64,000 bases of DNA. Source: Oceanispirochaeta sp. (GTDB taxonomy: Bacteria > Spirochaetota > Spirochaetia > DSM-2461). A program made the position numbers and the translations under genes. The stretch lies in the NCBI GenBank assembly GCA_963666275.2, contig CAXXOA010000002.1, forward strand, positions 1,408,001 through 1,472,000, read 5' to 3'. The notes under the pieces are model-generated. The model did not search any database and was not told the DNA's origin. It saw nothing but the letters and a program-made list of their open reading frames with translations. Positions 19,846 through 30,540 of the stretch are shown here, piece after piece (within the stretch, counting starts at the first letter, position 1; every line of letters begins with the position of its first letter).

Positions 19846-21566
19846 TTACTTCTTTCTGTTTACCGCATCGGAAAACTCTTCCCAGGCTTTCTTTTTCTGC
19901 CTGATCGAATGGGGTCTCTGAAAGGTTTTCTGACTCCGGGAGGAGCGCGCTGAATCAGCCCAGACGGGAACAGATGTGCCGGCATTGCTCTGAGTCTCCG
20001 GTCCTTTTCTGCCTTTCTTTTTACTTTCAGGCTGTCTTGTATCGGAAAATGTCCCCGTATAGCTGTCATACCTGCCGGAGAACCGGAGAACCAGACGGTT
20101 CCACCAGCTGAGCTGCTGGAAGGATGTATCAAACAGACTGATCAGTTTCAGCTGGAGAATTTCGTCCAGGTGCTGATACTGTTTCAGGCTGCTCCTGAAA
20201 TAGAGGCTCATGGACTGGCGGATTGTTTCATTATTGTTGATTCCCTTCAGCTCTTTCAGGTAGTAGAAGGTTATATTGGCCATAAGTGAGGGTTTCTGCA
20301 GCAGTTCCTTCATCTGGGGGGAGCGGCTGCTTATCCTGTTCATTATATCGGCCCTGAAATTGTTTTTGCTGTAGAACTGGGTGTATTTTTCGCTGCTCCC
20401 GGTCCTCAGAAGATCGCTCATCATATCCTGGTAGAGATTGTGCAGATGGCTGGTATAGTATTCGATCTGCCCCTTGAAATAGGGAAACAGATAGTCCTTA
20501 TGAATCAGCTGTCCTCCCAGAATGACTAGCGGAGGTATCTCTCCTCCCTCTTTTTTCTTCAGGGCCGCCTCGGAAAAGGTCTCTCTGAAGCCCGGCCATT
20601 TTTTCTCTTTTTCATTCAGAATCGTTTCCAGCTCCTTCAGGGAGGTCCACTGAATATTCTTTTCTCTGAGGTTCTGAATGATCTCGGTCAGGGCGGAGGA
20701 CCTTTCCTGCTGGTCCTGGTGGGCCTGTTTCTGTTCTGCCAGGCTGTTGTAGAAGTAGCCGTAGAGCATCCTGGCGCTTGTAAAAATCAGAGGGGATATC
20801 CCCTTGATCCGTACTTTCAGGTCTTCCCGGTTTTCAAAAAGATGTTTAGTAAAGGTCAGCCAGAAAGAGGGCTCCCTCTTTCCCATGCTTTTCTGGATTT
20901 CACTGATTTTTATCCCGGATATTCGGGAGATATTCTCCAGTAGAGTCATGCTCTGGGATTCCCGGATCAGATACTGGATCAGAAAATGGAGGTATTCATC
21001 GAGCATTCCCGAGGGGAGAGTATAGGGGGCCTGTTCTGTCTGGAAATCCCGAAGATAAGCCTCTGGGACTGCATGGCGCTATGGAAAGACGGCCCCAGAA
21101 CTTTGGGCTCCAGGGGGGATATGAACTTTCCCTGGAGAGCGAGACTGTACTTTTCAAAGCTCTTTGTGGTGATGAAGGGGTGTCCGTTCTCGTAATAGTG
21201 GCGATAAAGAATCTCTTCGCAGACATAGTAGTAGAAGAGGGGAGACTCCTTTTCTGTAAGCACAATCCGGTAGGGCCTCAGCTCGTTTTCTATGAGCTTG
21301 TACTGGAGAAGCCCCATATGGGCATCCTGAAGTTTGTTCATAAGGAGTTCCAGCTGGTTTTTATTGACCAGCGCGGGCTTATGAGTCTTCATTATGTAGG
21401 TATTGAACTCCAGGGCGGGGTTCCAGAAGTCACAGATATTATGAAAGATCTGATACTGGATCTGGGTGAAACTCCCCACATGGGAAAGAATCTCCTCCCG
21501 TTTATGCGGTTCCATTCTGAAGTATGATGGTGTGGCGTTCTGTGGGGACTGATCAGTCTGGTCCAT
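19846..21566 (-). pseudogene. Hypothetical protein gene split by an apparent 1-nt frameshift (ORFs 20979..21566 and 19846..21006)
   Basis: Two same-strand ORFs overlap by 28 nt. Adding one base near 21015 joins ...NRPPIL to xPSGMLDEYL... into one ORF of about 573 aa. Confidence 0.6.
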
Positions 21567-21651
21567 GATTCCCGGCTCCTGGTTGGTAGTTAAACGCTAC
21601 TCATTATATCCCATAGGCTGATCCTTTGGGAGGGACATTTCTCCCGGATGT

Positions 21652-21684
21652 AAAAAAAAACTGCCCCCTTCCGGGAGGCAGTTT
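21652..21684 (-). terminator. Intrinsic terminator of the Rrf2-cysK-metY operon
   Basis: Minus strand CTGCCTCC-CGGAA-GGGGGCAG-type hairpin followed by T9. Confidence 0.85.
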
Positions 21685-21702
21685 ACTATTGCATCAGGAA
21701 TA

Positions 21703-22998
21703 TCAGCTGTTCAGGGCCTGATCCAGGTCCTTTTTGATATCCTCGATATTTTCAATACCGATGGACAGTCTTACCATTTCCGGAGAGATTCCCGCGGCTA
21801 CAAGAGCTTCGTCGGAAAGCTGGGAATGGGTGGTGGACGCAGGGTGAATCACAAGGCTCTTGGCATCTCCCACATTGGCAACGTGAGAGAAAAGCTGAAC
21901 CTGCTCAACAAATTTCTGCCCCTCTTCCCGGCCGCCTTTCACACCGAAAACAACCATGCCGCCGGCTCCTTTGGGAAGGTATTTTGCGGCTTTTTCAAAG
22001 GAGGGATCTCCCTTGAGTCCCGGATATTTCACCCAGCTGACTTTGGGATGGTTCTGAAGGAACTCTGCCACTGCCAGGGCGTTTTCCGAATGCCTCTCCA
22101 TTCTGAGAGCCAGTGTTTCCAGCCCCTGCAGGAAGATCCAGCAGTTGTCAGGAGAGATACAGCCCCCCAGATTCCGGAGAGGAACAGTTCTCATTCTGAG
22201 GATGAAAGCCAGGGGGTTCAGATCTCCCAGATCCTGGGCGAACTTCAGTCCGTGATATCCTCCGTCCGGTTCGTTGTAGAGTTTAAACTTGGGGTTCTGC
22301 CAGTTGAAGGTTCCCGAGTCCACCACAATACCGCCCACTCCGGTTCCATGGCCGCCTATCCATTTTGTCAGGGAGTGCACCACGATGTGAGCCCCGTGTT
22401 CAATCGGCCTGAGAAGATAGGGAGTTGTAAAAGTGGAGTCCACCACAAGGGGAATCTGAAACTCTTCGGCCAGTTTGCCCAGAGCTTCGATGTCAGCCAC
22501 ATCCAGAGAGGGGTTTCCAATGGTTTCCACATAGAGCACTCTGGTTTTATCATTGATCTGCTCCCGGAAGGAATCGATATTGCCTGTGTCGGCAAATTTC
22601 ACATTGATTCCGAATTTGGGAAGAAGGTCATCAAACATTGTATAGGTTCCGCCGTAGAGATTGGAGCCTGAAACGACTTCATCCCCGGCGGAACAGATAT
22701 TGATAATCGAGTAGAAAATCGCATTGGTTCCCGATGCCACTGCCAGCGCAGCGGCTCCTCCCTCCAGAGCGGCCACTCTGTCTTCCAGTACCGCCTGGGT
22801 GGGGTTCCCCAGTCTGGTATAGATATTTCCCAGCTCCTTCAGGGCAAACAGATTCTGGGCATGTTCCGCCGAATCAAACAGATAGGCTGTGCTTCTATGG
22901 AGGGGAACTCCTCTCGAATGGGTCTCTTTGTCTCCTCCATGTCCCGCATGGAGCGCTGTGGTTTCAAATCCGGGGTTTTCTATTTTTGTGTAGTCCAT
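21703..22998 (-). CDS. metY: O-acetylhomoserine/O-acetylserine sulfhydrylase
   Basis: [20 protein letters not shown] lysine motif [32 protein letters not shown]. Confidence 0.93.
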   Translation of the reverse strand: MDYTKIENPGFETTALHAGHGGDKETHSRGVPLHRSTAYLFDSAEHAQNLFALKELGNIYTRLGNPTQAVLEDRVAALEGGAAALAVASGTNAIFYSIINICSAGDEVVSGSNLYGGTYTMFDDLLPKFGINVKFADTGNIDSFREQINDKTRVLYVETIGNPSLDVADIEALGKLAEEFQIPLVVDSTFTTPYLLRPIEHGAHIVVHSLTKWIGGHGTGVGGIVVDSGTFNWQNPKFKLYNEPDGGYHGLKFAQDLGDLNPLAFILRMRTVPLRNLGGCISPDNCWIFLQGLETLALRMERHSENALAVAEFLQNHPKVSWVKYPGLKGDPSFEKAAKYLPKGAGGMVVFGVKGGREEGQKFVEQVQLFSHVANVGDAKSLVIHPASTTHSQLSDEALVAAGISPEMVRLSIGIENIEDIKKDLDQALNS

Positions 22999-23040
22999 TT
23001 CTTATCTCCTGTTTATTAAAAATCCTGACCTGTATCACTG

Positions 23041-23964
23041 TCAGTTTTCAAATAGCCATGTGCTCAGGTAGCGTTCTCCTGTGTCACATCCGATGGTCAC
23101 TATGGTTTTTCCTGCATTTTCCGGCTTCTGGGCAAGGATCTCTGCGGCTCTCACATTGGCTCCTGCGGAGATTCCCACCAGGATTCCCTCTTCCGATGCC
23201 AGTCTTCTGGATGTTTCTCCCGCTTCCGCTGCAGGTACCTGAATGACTCCGTCATAGGACTCTGTATTCAGAACGCCGGGAATGAATCCCGCACCTATAC
23301 CCTGAATCTTATGGGGGCCTGGTTTTCCTCCGGATAAAACGGGAGATCCCTCGGGTTCCACAGCATAGACTTTCAGATCGGGATTCAGTTTTTTCAGGAC
23401 TTCGCTGTTTCCTGTAATGGTTCCGCCTGTTCCGACTCCGGCAACAAAAATATCAATTTTGCCCCCTGTGGCATCCCAGATCTCCCGGGCGGTTGTCTCT
23501 CTGTGAGCTTCAGGGTTGGCCGGGTTTTCAAACTGCTGAAGGATCAGGGAATCGGGGATTTCCGCCGCCAGTTCTTCCGCTTTTCTTATGGAACCGTTCA
23601 TTCCTTCGCTTCCGGGGGTCAGGACCAGCTGAGCTCCGAAGATCTTCAGGAGTTTCCTTCTCTCTTCACTCATGGTTTCAGGCATGGTCAGGATCAGCTT
23701 GTATCCTCTCTGGGCACAGATATAGGCCAGGGCAATCCCGGTGTTTCCGCTTGTGGGCTCTATCAGAGTCGTGCCCGGTTTCAGTTTGCCGCTTTTTTCA
23801 GCCGCTTCTATCATGAATTTACCAATCCTGTCTTTTACGCTGCCCAGAGGATTGAAAAACTCCAGTTTTAAAAGAATTTCCGCTTCTGTTCCGATTTTGT
23901 TTAACTTTACCAGGGGAGTATTCCCTACCAGTTCTGTGATATTCTCGGCAATTTTCCTACTCAT
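23041..23964 (-). CDS. cysK: Cysteine synthase A
   Basis: [53 protein letters not shown]. Confidence 0.97.
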   Translation of the reverse strand: MSRKIAENITELVGNTPLVKLNKIGTEAEILLKLEFFNPLGSVKDRIGKFMIEAAEKSGKLKPGTTLIEPTSGNTGIALAYICAQRGYKLILTMPETMSEERRKLLKIFGAQLVLTPGSEGMNGSIRKAEELAAEIPDSLILQQFENPANPEAHRETTAREIWDATGGKIDIFVAGVGTGGTITGNSEVLKKLNPDLKVYAVEPEGSPVLSGGKPGPHKIQGIGAGFIPGVLNTESYDGVIQVPAAEAGETSRRLASEEGILVGISAGANVRAAEILAQKPENAGKTIVTIGCDTGERYLSTWLFEN

Positions 23965-23980
23965 ATTTTTCCTCCTGATA

Positions 23981-24415
23981 TTAAATATAGTACATGACTT
24001 TTTCCGGATCCCGAACCTGCTCTGCCAGATCCTTCAGGGATATCCCCTCAAGGGTCTGAGTAATCGCTTTTGTGACCTGATCCCAGACCTGTCTGGTTAT
24101 GCATTTTCCCGTTCGGCCGCAGGGTTCATTCTCATCCAGGCAGTCCACAATATTCAGCCCCCCCTCCATAACCTCTACGATGTCTTTCAGGGTGATTTCC
24201 TCGGGACTTTTTGTCAGAAGATATCCCCCTTTTGCACCCCTTATGGAGCGGATAAGGCCGGCGCCTCTCAGCAGGATAACAATCTGACTGAGATATTTTT
24301 CCGATATCTCTTCTTTCTTTGCTATCTCGTTCAACTGGATGGGTCCTTTCTGATAGACCAGCGCCAGATTTACCATAAGCCGGGAGGCATATCGGGACTT
24401 GGTGGATAGTTTCAT
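23981..24415 (-). CDS. Rrf2-family transcriptional regulator (CymR/IscR-like, with three Cys)
   Basis: [31 protein letters not shown]-x6-C-x5-C. Real start is ATG 24415 after AAGGAAGG; the longer ORF call is read-through of the repeat. Confidence 0.9.
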   Translation of the reverse strand: MKLSTKSRYASRLMVNLALVYQKGPIQLNEIAKKEEISEKYLSQIVILLRGAGLIRSIRGAKGGYLLTKSPEEITLKDIVEVMEGGLNIVDCLDENEPCGRTGKCITRQVWDQVTKAITQTLEGISLKDLAEQVRDPEKVMYYI

Positions 24416-24432
24416 ATACCCTTCCTTATTTC

Positions 24433-24576
24433 TAAATACTATAAATACTATAAATACTATAAATACTATAAATACTATAAATACTATAAATACTATAAAT
24501 ACTATAAATACTATAAATACTATAAATACTATAAATACTATAAATACTATAAATACTATAAATACTATAAATACTA
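24433..24576. repeat. Perfect tandem repeat (TAAATACTA)x16
   Basis: Counted directly; lies between the promoter and the SD of the Rrf2 gene. Confidence 0.97.
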
Positions 24577-24581
24577 TTGAA

Positions 24582-24610
24582 ATAGTAGTGAATGAGGATG
24601 GAAAAAGCAA
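24582..24610 (-). promoter_or_regulatory. Sigma70-type promoter of the Rrf2-cysK-metY operon
   Basis: Minus strand TTGCTT-17 bp-TACTAT; the -10 overlaps the palindrome TACTAT-TGAA-ATAGTA. Confidence 0.6.
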
Positions 24611-24648
24611 TATGAATTTGAAGGAAATTTTAAAAAAAGTAAAAAGTT

Positions 24649-25083
24649 TCAGGAAAAGTGGCTTTCGCTGTTATCGACAAGCCTGTCGAGAACCCTCCGG
24701 AAAGTTTCAAGATCCTGCTGGGGAATCCCTTTGATTATATGGCAGTAAAAATCATCGCATACAGGCAGGAGTTCACTGAACTTGGCTTCACCGGCTTCTG
24801 TACAGTAGAGCTTCACCGCCCGGCGGTCGTTTTTGTCCTGGCGCCGTTCGATCAGACCATTTTTCACCATCCTGCTGATCAGTCTGGCAATGGTGGTTTC
24901 CTGAGCCTGCATAAGCTCCGCCAGGTCCATCTGGCGAATCCCCTGAGATTTTTTTATATAGTAGAGGGCAATCCACTGGACTCTTGTGGCTCCGTGTTTT
25001 TTGAAAGTCTCATTGTAGTTATCCGTGACTTTCTTTAATCCCAGAGTTGCCAGATAGTATATACATTCATCGAGTTGAAACAT
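24649..25083 (-). CDS. MarR-family transcriptional regulator
   Basis: TRVQWIAL, QMDLAE, IARLISRMVKNGLIERRQDKNDRRAVKLYCTEAG. Confidence 0.92.
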   Translation of the reverse strand: MFQLDECIYYLATLGLKKVTDNYNETFKKHGATRVQWIALYYIKKSQGIRQMDLAELMQAQETTIARLISRMVKNGLIERRQDKNDRRAVKLYCTEAGEAKFSELLPVCDDFYCHIIKGIPQQDLETFRRVLDRLVDNSESHFS

Positions 25084-25147
25084 GAAAACATCCTACATTA
25101 TGGTGAGAATAAAAGCAAACGATTTTGCCTGTAATAAAGGGGACCCA

Positions 25148-28105
25148 TCAGCCCCGGATCGTTGTGAGATAGCGCCTTTCTATTTCTGAAATACCGGCGG
25201 AAAGCTTTTGAATATAATCGCCAATTATATGCGCATCATAGTCAGAAATACCCCCGGTAAAAAAATCCTTCCTTTTGATGAAATGTTCAATGTACAGCGC
25301 CGTATCAGCCAGCTCCGGCAGTCCCAGATTGAGAGCGCCTCCTTTTATGGCGTGGACTTTCCGGTGAAGAGAGGAGAAATCCTCTGAGCGGAGATCCTCA
25401 TTCAGGCTCTTCAGATCCTTACGGCAGTTTTCAAGGAAACCCAGGAATATATCAATTCCGTCCTGTCTTTTCTCAAATTGACCGAGGAAATCTTCCAGGC
25501 GGTAAGTCCTGCTGCTTTCCGGCTTCTCTCCCGCGTCCTCCAGAGAGTCCGGGTTCAGTATGGCTGCCACCTGATAGGATATGGCATTCAGCTGAACCGG
25601 CTTGTAGATAATTCCCCGGATGTTGCCCTCTATTCTGCCTTTTGCTTCATGCTCAAATCCGCCGGCAGTGAGCATAAGAACGGGCGTGGTGTCATTGCGG
25701 GGACATTTGGCTTCAATTTTTTCAACTGTATCGAAACCGTTGAGCATGGGCATATGAATATCCATGAGTATCAGATCAAATTTCTTCTGGCTGCAGAGAG
25801 AGACCGCTTTGTATCCGTCTTCGGCCAGGCTTGTTGTGTACCCCAGTGACTGCAGATGGGTGGAGGTTATCTCCCTGTTGGTCTGATAGTCATCCACAAT
25901 CAGGATTTCCCCGCTTCCGTGGATGAGAGACTGAGGCTCATTGTCAGGGAGCATTTCCCGGCTTGAAATTTCAAAGGGCAAATTGAACCAGAAAATACTC
26001 CCCCTGGGGGTATTGGGGGTGTAGCCGATCTCTCCTCCCATAAGCTCCACAAGCTTTTTGGATATGGTTGTTCCCAGTCCGGTTCCGTCATGGCTCCTTG
26101 AGTTGCTGTGGTCTACCTGATAGAAAGGTTTGAATATCATTTCGGCTTTGGACGCTGAAATTCCTACGCCGGTGTCCTGAATTTCAAAACCGATCAGAAT
26201 TGTATTCTCTATGGGAGATGTTACAGGGCCGATGACAATTTTCACCCCGCCTTTGTTGGTGAATTTCTGGGCATTGTTGGTCAGATTCAGCAGGACCTGT
26301 CTGAGCCTGTGGGGATCGCCGATAACCACATCGGGAAGGTTTTTGTGCATGATCAGGTCATAATTCAGGCCTTTTTCCCTGATTAAAACCTGCTGGCCCG
26401 CCAGGCTGTCCTGTATGGTGTCGGTCAGGACAAAGGGAAAGGATTCTATCTCATAATTGCCCGACTCAATCCGGGACAGGTTCAGCACATCCGATATCAG
26501 ATTGAGAAGGTGACCCGATTCGGCCAGGATCTTCTGGTTGTATTTTTTCTGAAGCAGGGGGTCTTCTGTTTTGTTGATCAGTTCGGCAAAACCGATAATC
26601 CCTCCCAGAGGGGTTCTCAGTTCGTGACTGATATTTGCAAGGAACCGGGACTTTGCCGAATTGGCAAATTCCGCCAGGGTCATGGCTTTCTGAAGTTCCT
26701 TGGTCCTCTCCTCAACCTCATGCTCCAGATAACGGTTTTCATTCTCCAGCCGGTCCCGTAGGATCTGATCGCTGATCTCTTTCTGGGTTTTATACCGGAC
26801 GATATCCTGACCTACAGCGGCTGCCAGGACGGTACACTGGATAAAATCCGTAATATAGCGGATGGACAGACAGGGGATAAAATTCTGGATAAAACTGTAA
26901 ACAGGGTAGGCCAGGGTAAAGAGGATCTCAAAAAGGAAGAATGGGGAAAACGCTATGATATACAGCTTGGCGGACTTGTTCCCCTTCGCCAGGGCAAAGG
27001 AGATGTACTGGTAGACCATAATCATATTGATACCCACCATTATGGTAATGATGACCTGATTATAAATATGGGGAAGATGGATCAGACCGCTGAGAACAGC
27101 CCAGATCAGATAAATCACATACAGATAGTTTGTAATCCTGTTCAGATGGGATATTTTCCGGGTATCGTAGCGGTTGACCAGGGTCTTTCTTATAAAATGG
27201 AGCCCCGAAATCTGTAATCCCGCCAGAACTAGGGAGTAGATAAGGTTTTCCAGGTAGAACATGCCCGCCCAGTACTTCCAGAGGCTGATCTGGGTGGTGA
27301 GCATTCTGTTTATCATAAGAAAGAACATGAAAAGGATGTAATAGTAGTACTTTTCTTCCTGGGTTATGATGTAGAGGATGATATGAAAAACAAGGATAGC
27401 CAGGAAAAATCCGATGAACAGCCCCTGAGAATGGAACCGCAGTGAGGATTCATTGGTATAATCAGCGAATTTCATCGCTGTGAAATCCAGTTTTAACCTT
27501 CTTTTAAAACGGGTTTCCATTTTTATATAGACGGGAGAGCTAATATCCATGTTTCCGGGAAGCTGGATGAAAATTTCCGGATCATTGGAAAAAAGACGCC
27601 AGGGGGTTTCAATCCTGTGGTAGGTGAATCGGTAGTTCTGACTCTCTTCCGCAATATAAACGCTCACAATGGTGCTGTTGAACGGGGTGGTCAGGAGAAC
27701 AGGTTCCGAACCATAGATCTTCTCTACGTTCATACGGACCCAGATGGCTTTCATATCCTCATTCACGCCATCGTAATAGGAGAAGTACTTACTGGTCTTC
27801 CTTTCCTCCCATAAGGGAACAAACCGGCTGTTCCTGTCCGGAGCCAGTATATCTTCCAGTTCCAGCCTGTTTTCCGGATCCGGAAGATATTCCAGGGCCT
27901 TTCCTATCTGAAGATCCCTGTTGTCATTGTATAGAATCAGTTTCTCTTCCGGGTCAAAAGACACAAATTCAATGACAGGTTCATCCGATGTGGCTGTAAA
28001 ATCTTTGACTGAGAGGATGAGCAGGACCAGCAGGCTTAGTAACAGAATTATTGTGACAGCGGTGGTTCCCTTTAGTCTGTTAAAGGATCGGAAAAACATA
28101 ACCAT
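25148..28105 (-). CDS. Hybrid sensor histidine kinase (7TM-DISM-like input, HisKA, HATPase, REC, Hpt)
   Basis: FLANISHELRTPL, QVLLNLTNNAQKFT, DTGVGI, GTGLG, ILMDIHMP, HAIKGGA; extracellular domain plus about 7 TM segments. Confidence 0.92.
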   Translation of the reverse strand: MVMFFRSFNRLKGTTAVTIILLLSLLVLLILSVKDFTATSDEPVIEFVSFDPEEKLILYNDNRDLQIGKALEYLPDPENRLELEDILAPDRNSRFVPLWEERKTSKYFSYYDGVNEDMKAIWVRMNVEKIYGSEPVLLTTPFNSTIVSVYIAEESQNYRFTYHRIETPWRLFSNDPEIFIQLPGNMDISSPVYIKMETRFKRRLKLDFTAMKFADYTNESSLRFHSQGLFIGFFLAILVFHIILYIITQEEKYYYYILFMFFLMINRMLTTQISLWKYWAGMFYLENLIYSLVLAGLQISGLHFIRKTLVNRYDTRKISHLNRITNYLYVIYLIWAVLSGLIHLPHIYNQVIITIMVGINMIMVYQYISFALAKGNKSAKLYIIAFSPFFLFEILFTLAYPVYSFIQNFIPCLSIRYITDFIQCTVLAAAVGQDIVRYKTQKEISDQILRDRLENENRYLEHEVEERTKELQKAMTLAEFANSAKSRFLANISHELRTPLGGIIGFAELINKTEDPLLQKKYNQKILAESGHLLNLISDVLNLSRIESGNYEIESFPFVLTDTIQDSLAGQQVLIREKGLNYDLIMHKNLPDVVIGDPHRLRQVLLNLTNNAQKFTNKGGVKIVIGPVTSPIENTILIGFEIQDTGVGISASKAEMIFKPFYQVDHSNSRSHDGTGLGTTISKKLVELMGGEIGYTPNTPRGSIFWFNLPFEISSREMLPDNEPQSLIHGSGEILIVDDYQTNREITSTHLQSLGYTTSLAEDGYKAVSLCSQKKFDLILMDIHMPMLNGFDTVEKIEAKCPRNDTTPVLMLTAGGFEHEAKGRIEGNIRGIIYKPVQLNAISYQVAAILNPDSLEDAGEKPESSRTYRLEDFLGQFEKRQDGIDIFLGFLENCRKDLKSLNEDLRSEDFSSLHRKVHAIKGGALNLGLPELADTALYIEHFIKRKDFFTGGISDYDAHIIGDYIQKLSAGISEIERRYLTTIRG

Positions 28106-28190
28106 GATTTGTTTTTCAGATTATCATAAAATCCTTAAGAGGGCACTTTATTTTGAGAAAATCTTGGGACTGTTCAATGAAATTCAGAAC

Positions 28191-28382
28191 TTATTTCGAA
28201 GGGGTGGCTTTTTCGCATTCCCTGCAGTCTCCTCTCAAATGGCAGAGGAGTCTGCCGGTTTCAGGATTATGGCAGTAGTACCGCTTCATCTGTTCCTTCA
28301 GTCTGCTGCTGACAGACTCTTTTTCAGATCCGATAAGGCTCATCACATCCAGTACTTCACAATGGGTGCAGATACAGCTCAT
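28191..28382 (-). CDS. Small Cys-rich hypothetical protein (63 aa)
   Basis: GGGAG SD; 7 Cys including CxCxxC and CxxC; sigma28-like promoter upstream. Confidence 0.55.
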   Translation of the reverse strand: MSCICTHCEVLDVMSLIGSEKESVSSRLKEQMKRYYCHNPETGRLLCHLRGDCRECEKATPSK

Positions 28383-28400
28383 AAGGTTTCTCCCTGAAAG

Positions 28401-28427
28401 TAATCGGTCTTATATTTGTCTATTTCA
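28401..28427 (-). promoter_or_regulatory. Putative sigma28 (FliA) promoter
   Basis: TGAA-N15-ACCGATTA, compared with consensus TAAA-N15-GCCGATAA. Confidence 0.45.
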
Positions 28428-28625
28428 GTATTTTTCCGGTTTGTGAAGATTTCTTGCATTTTTTATGCAGGGGCGATGTTTTTATATTGATTTCAGTGTC
28501 ATCCCGGGGAGTGGGATGATTTTTTCCTGCTTTTCCGGTTCAGGAAAATAAGAACCGGAAGAAATAGATTTTCATATTCCTCTTTTTCCTGAATCCGAAA
28601 AAGGTCAGTACTGCAACAGGATTTT

Positions 28626-28805
28626 CTACTCTTTGGGTTCCCAGTAGCAGCGTTTGGGAGACACAATTGATTCCTCTTTTTTCAGAGTTTTCATTCCCCT
28701 GTCAATCTCTTTTCTGTCGATCCCTGTAGCATCGGCGATCTGTCCGGCGCTCATAGGCTTTCCTGCTTCTTTCATGGCATTGATAATCGCTTCTGTAGTT
28801 TCCAT
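28626..28805 (-). CDS. Small winged-helix DNA-binding protein (59 aa)
   Basis: [55 protein letters not shown] has an HTH pattern; AAGGA SD. Confidence 0.8.
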   Translation of the reverse strand: METTEAIINAMKEAGKPMSAGQIADATGIDRKEIDRGMKTLKKEESIVSPKRCYWEPKE

Positions 28806-28835
28806 AAATCTCTTTCCTTTGCACTGTGAAATATT

Positions 28836-28854
28836 GATAATAGTAATTATTATC
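28836..28854. promoter_or_regulatory. Fur-box-like operator
   Basis: GATAATAGTAATTATTATC matches the canonical GATAATGATAATCATTATC at 16/19 positions. Confidence 0.75.
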
Positions 28855-28962
28855 AAATAGTTTTATCTATGTAAACCCTAATTCAGTCCTTCGTTCAAGG
28901 AAAAGATTGTGTTCCCCGGCCAGGACAATTACAATGGGACCAGATCAATCAGGAGAACCCAA

Positions 28963-30444
28963 GTGAAATCACACCGCATCTTAATGGTCACCAGCGAGTC
29001 TGTTCCCTTTGCCAAATCAGGAGGGCTGGCGGATATGGTCGGAGCTCTTTCTGCAGAACTGAAAGAGCAGGGAGAGGATGTGAGAATCCTGATGCCCCGG
29101 TATTATTCGATCCCCAGAGAGGGGCTTGCCGATCTGGGATCTCTCTGCGTCCATATGGGATACGGCGAGGAGTGGTGTCAGGTTCTTCAGGCATTCCTTC
29201 CGGGGACGGAAGTTCCCGTCTATTTTCTGGATCATGAACACTATTACGGCCGAAACGGCATTTACGGCCCCACTCCCGGTTCCTCTTTTGATGATAATCC
29301 CCAGCGTTTCGCTCTCCTTTCGGATGCCAGCTTTCAGCTCTGCCGCCTGCTCAACTGGATCCCTGATGTTCTGCACTGTCATGACTGGGTTTCCGGTCCT
29401 GTTCCTCTTCTTCTGAAAGCCCGGGAGCGGCAGGGGGACTTTGCAGGCTCTTCCTCTGTTATGACGATCCATAACCTGGGATACCAGGGTGTGTTCGGAA
29501 AGGAAATGGCCGGAGCCCTTCCCATCCCTCTTGAAGACATAGCCTATTTCAACGGGACCCATGAGAATAATCTGAACTATCTGAAAATGGGGATAGAAAA
29601 TGCACAGATTATCTCCACTGTTTCACCCAGCTATGCCGAAGAGATAAAGGAGCCCGTAGCCGGCAATGGCCTGGACGGTTCCCTGCGGTACCGTGAGTAC
29701 GATCTGTTCGGCATCCTTAACGGTATGGATTATGCCGAATGGAATCCGGAACGGGACCAGTTTCTGGAGCCCTTCAACTATTCAGAGGAGCAGCTGGAAA
29801 AGAAAGCGGAACTGAAAAAACAGGTTCAGATGGAAGCCGGTCTCGAGGTGAATCCGGATATCCCTCTTATCGGGATGGTGAGCCGTCTTGTGGATCAGAA
29901 AGGGTTCGGAGAGCTCTGCGGACCCGGTCATGGAAAACTCTACAGTATACTGCAGGACATGAGAGTGCAGTGTATCATTGTCGGTACCGGGGAGGCCTGG
30001 TGCGAAGAGGAGCTCCGGAATCTGGATAACTCTCTGGGCAATCTTAAAACCTATATTACCTACAGCAACAGACTGGCTCATCGGGTGGAGGGGGCTTCCG
30101 ACTTTTTCCTCATGCCCAGTAAATATGAACCCTGCGGACTGAATCAGCTCTACTCTCTCCGCTACGGAACTCTTCCCATTGTCCGAAGGACAGGGGGGCT
30201 GGCCGATACGGTGGAGCAGTATAAAGAGAACACAGGGGAGGGGACAGGCTTTCTCTTTGATGAAATTTCGCCCATGTCGATCTATTACACCGTGGGCTGG
30301 GCTGTCAGTACCTGGTATGACCGACCGGCCCATATAGATAAAATGAGGAGAGAAGCCATGTCCCGGCGGTTTTCCTGGGACAAATCCGCCAAAAGGTACA
30401 GAGAGCTTTATCAGTGGTCTCTGGACAGGATAGGGCGGGGGTGA
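28963..30444 (+). CDS. glgA: Glycogen synthase
   Basis: KSGGLAD, HCHDW, TIHNLGYQG, GILNGMD, SRLVDQKG, MPSKYEPCGLNQ, TGGLADTV; GTG start after AGGAG. Confidence 0.96.
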   Translation: MKSHRILMVTSESVPFAKSGGLADMVGALSAELKEQGEDVRILMPRYYSIPREGLADLGSLCVHMGYGEEWCQVLQAFLPGTEVPVYFLDHEHYYGRNGIYGPTPGSSFDDNPQRFALLSDASFQLCRLLNWIPDVLHCHDWVSGPVPLLLKARERQGDFAGSSSVMTIHNLGYQGVFGKEMAGALPIPLEDIAYFNGTHENNLNYLKMGIENAQIISTVSPSYAEEIKEPVAGNGLDGSLRYREYDLFGILNGMDYAEWNPERDQFLEPFNYSEEQLEKKAELKKQVQMEAGLEVNPDIPLIGMVSRLVDQKGFGELCGPGHGKLYSILQDMRVQCIIVGTGEAWCEEELRNLDNSLGNLKTYITYSNRLAHRVEGASDFFLMPSKYEPCGLNQLYSLRYGTLPIVRRTGGLADTVEQYKENTGEGTGFLFDEISPMSIYYTVGWAVSTWYDRPAHIDKMRREAMSRRFSWDKSAKRYRELYQWSLDRIGRG

Positions 30445-30540
30445 TGCCCCTATGGTTTATCCAGATGAATTGGTAATCACGGATATCCTATTCTAAACTT
30501 CAAAATAAAGAAACTTTTAAAAAGAGGTCTGATTTCCGTT

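Noticed and set aside
24433..24576. Possible CRISPR array
   Set aside because: The 9-bp units are contiguous with no spacers, and there are no cas genes.
24399..24734. ORF encoding (INT)n, and the (IVF)n N-terminal extension of the Rrf2 ORF
   Set aside because: Both are by-products of a stop-free 9-bp repeat. The TTG at 24610 coincides with the -35 box, and the SD-supported start is 24415.
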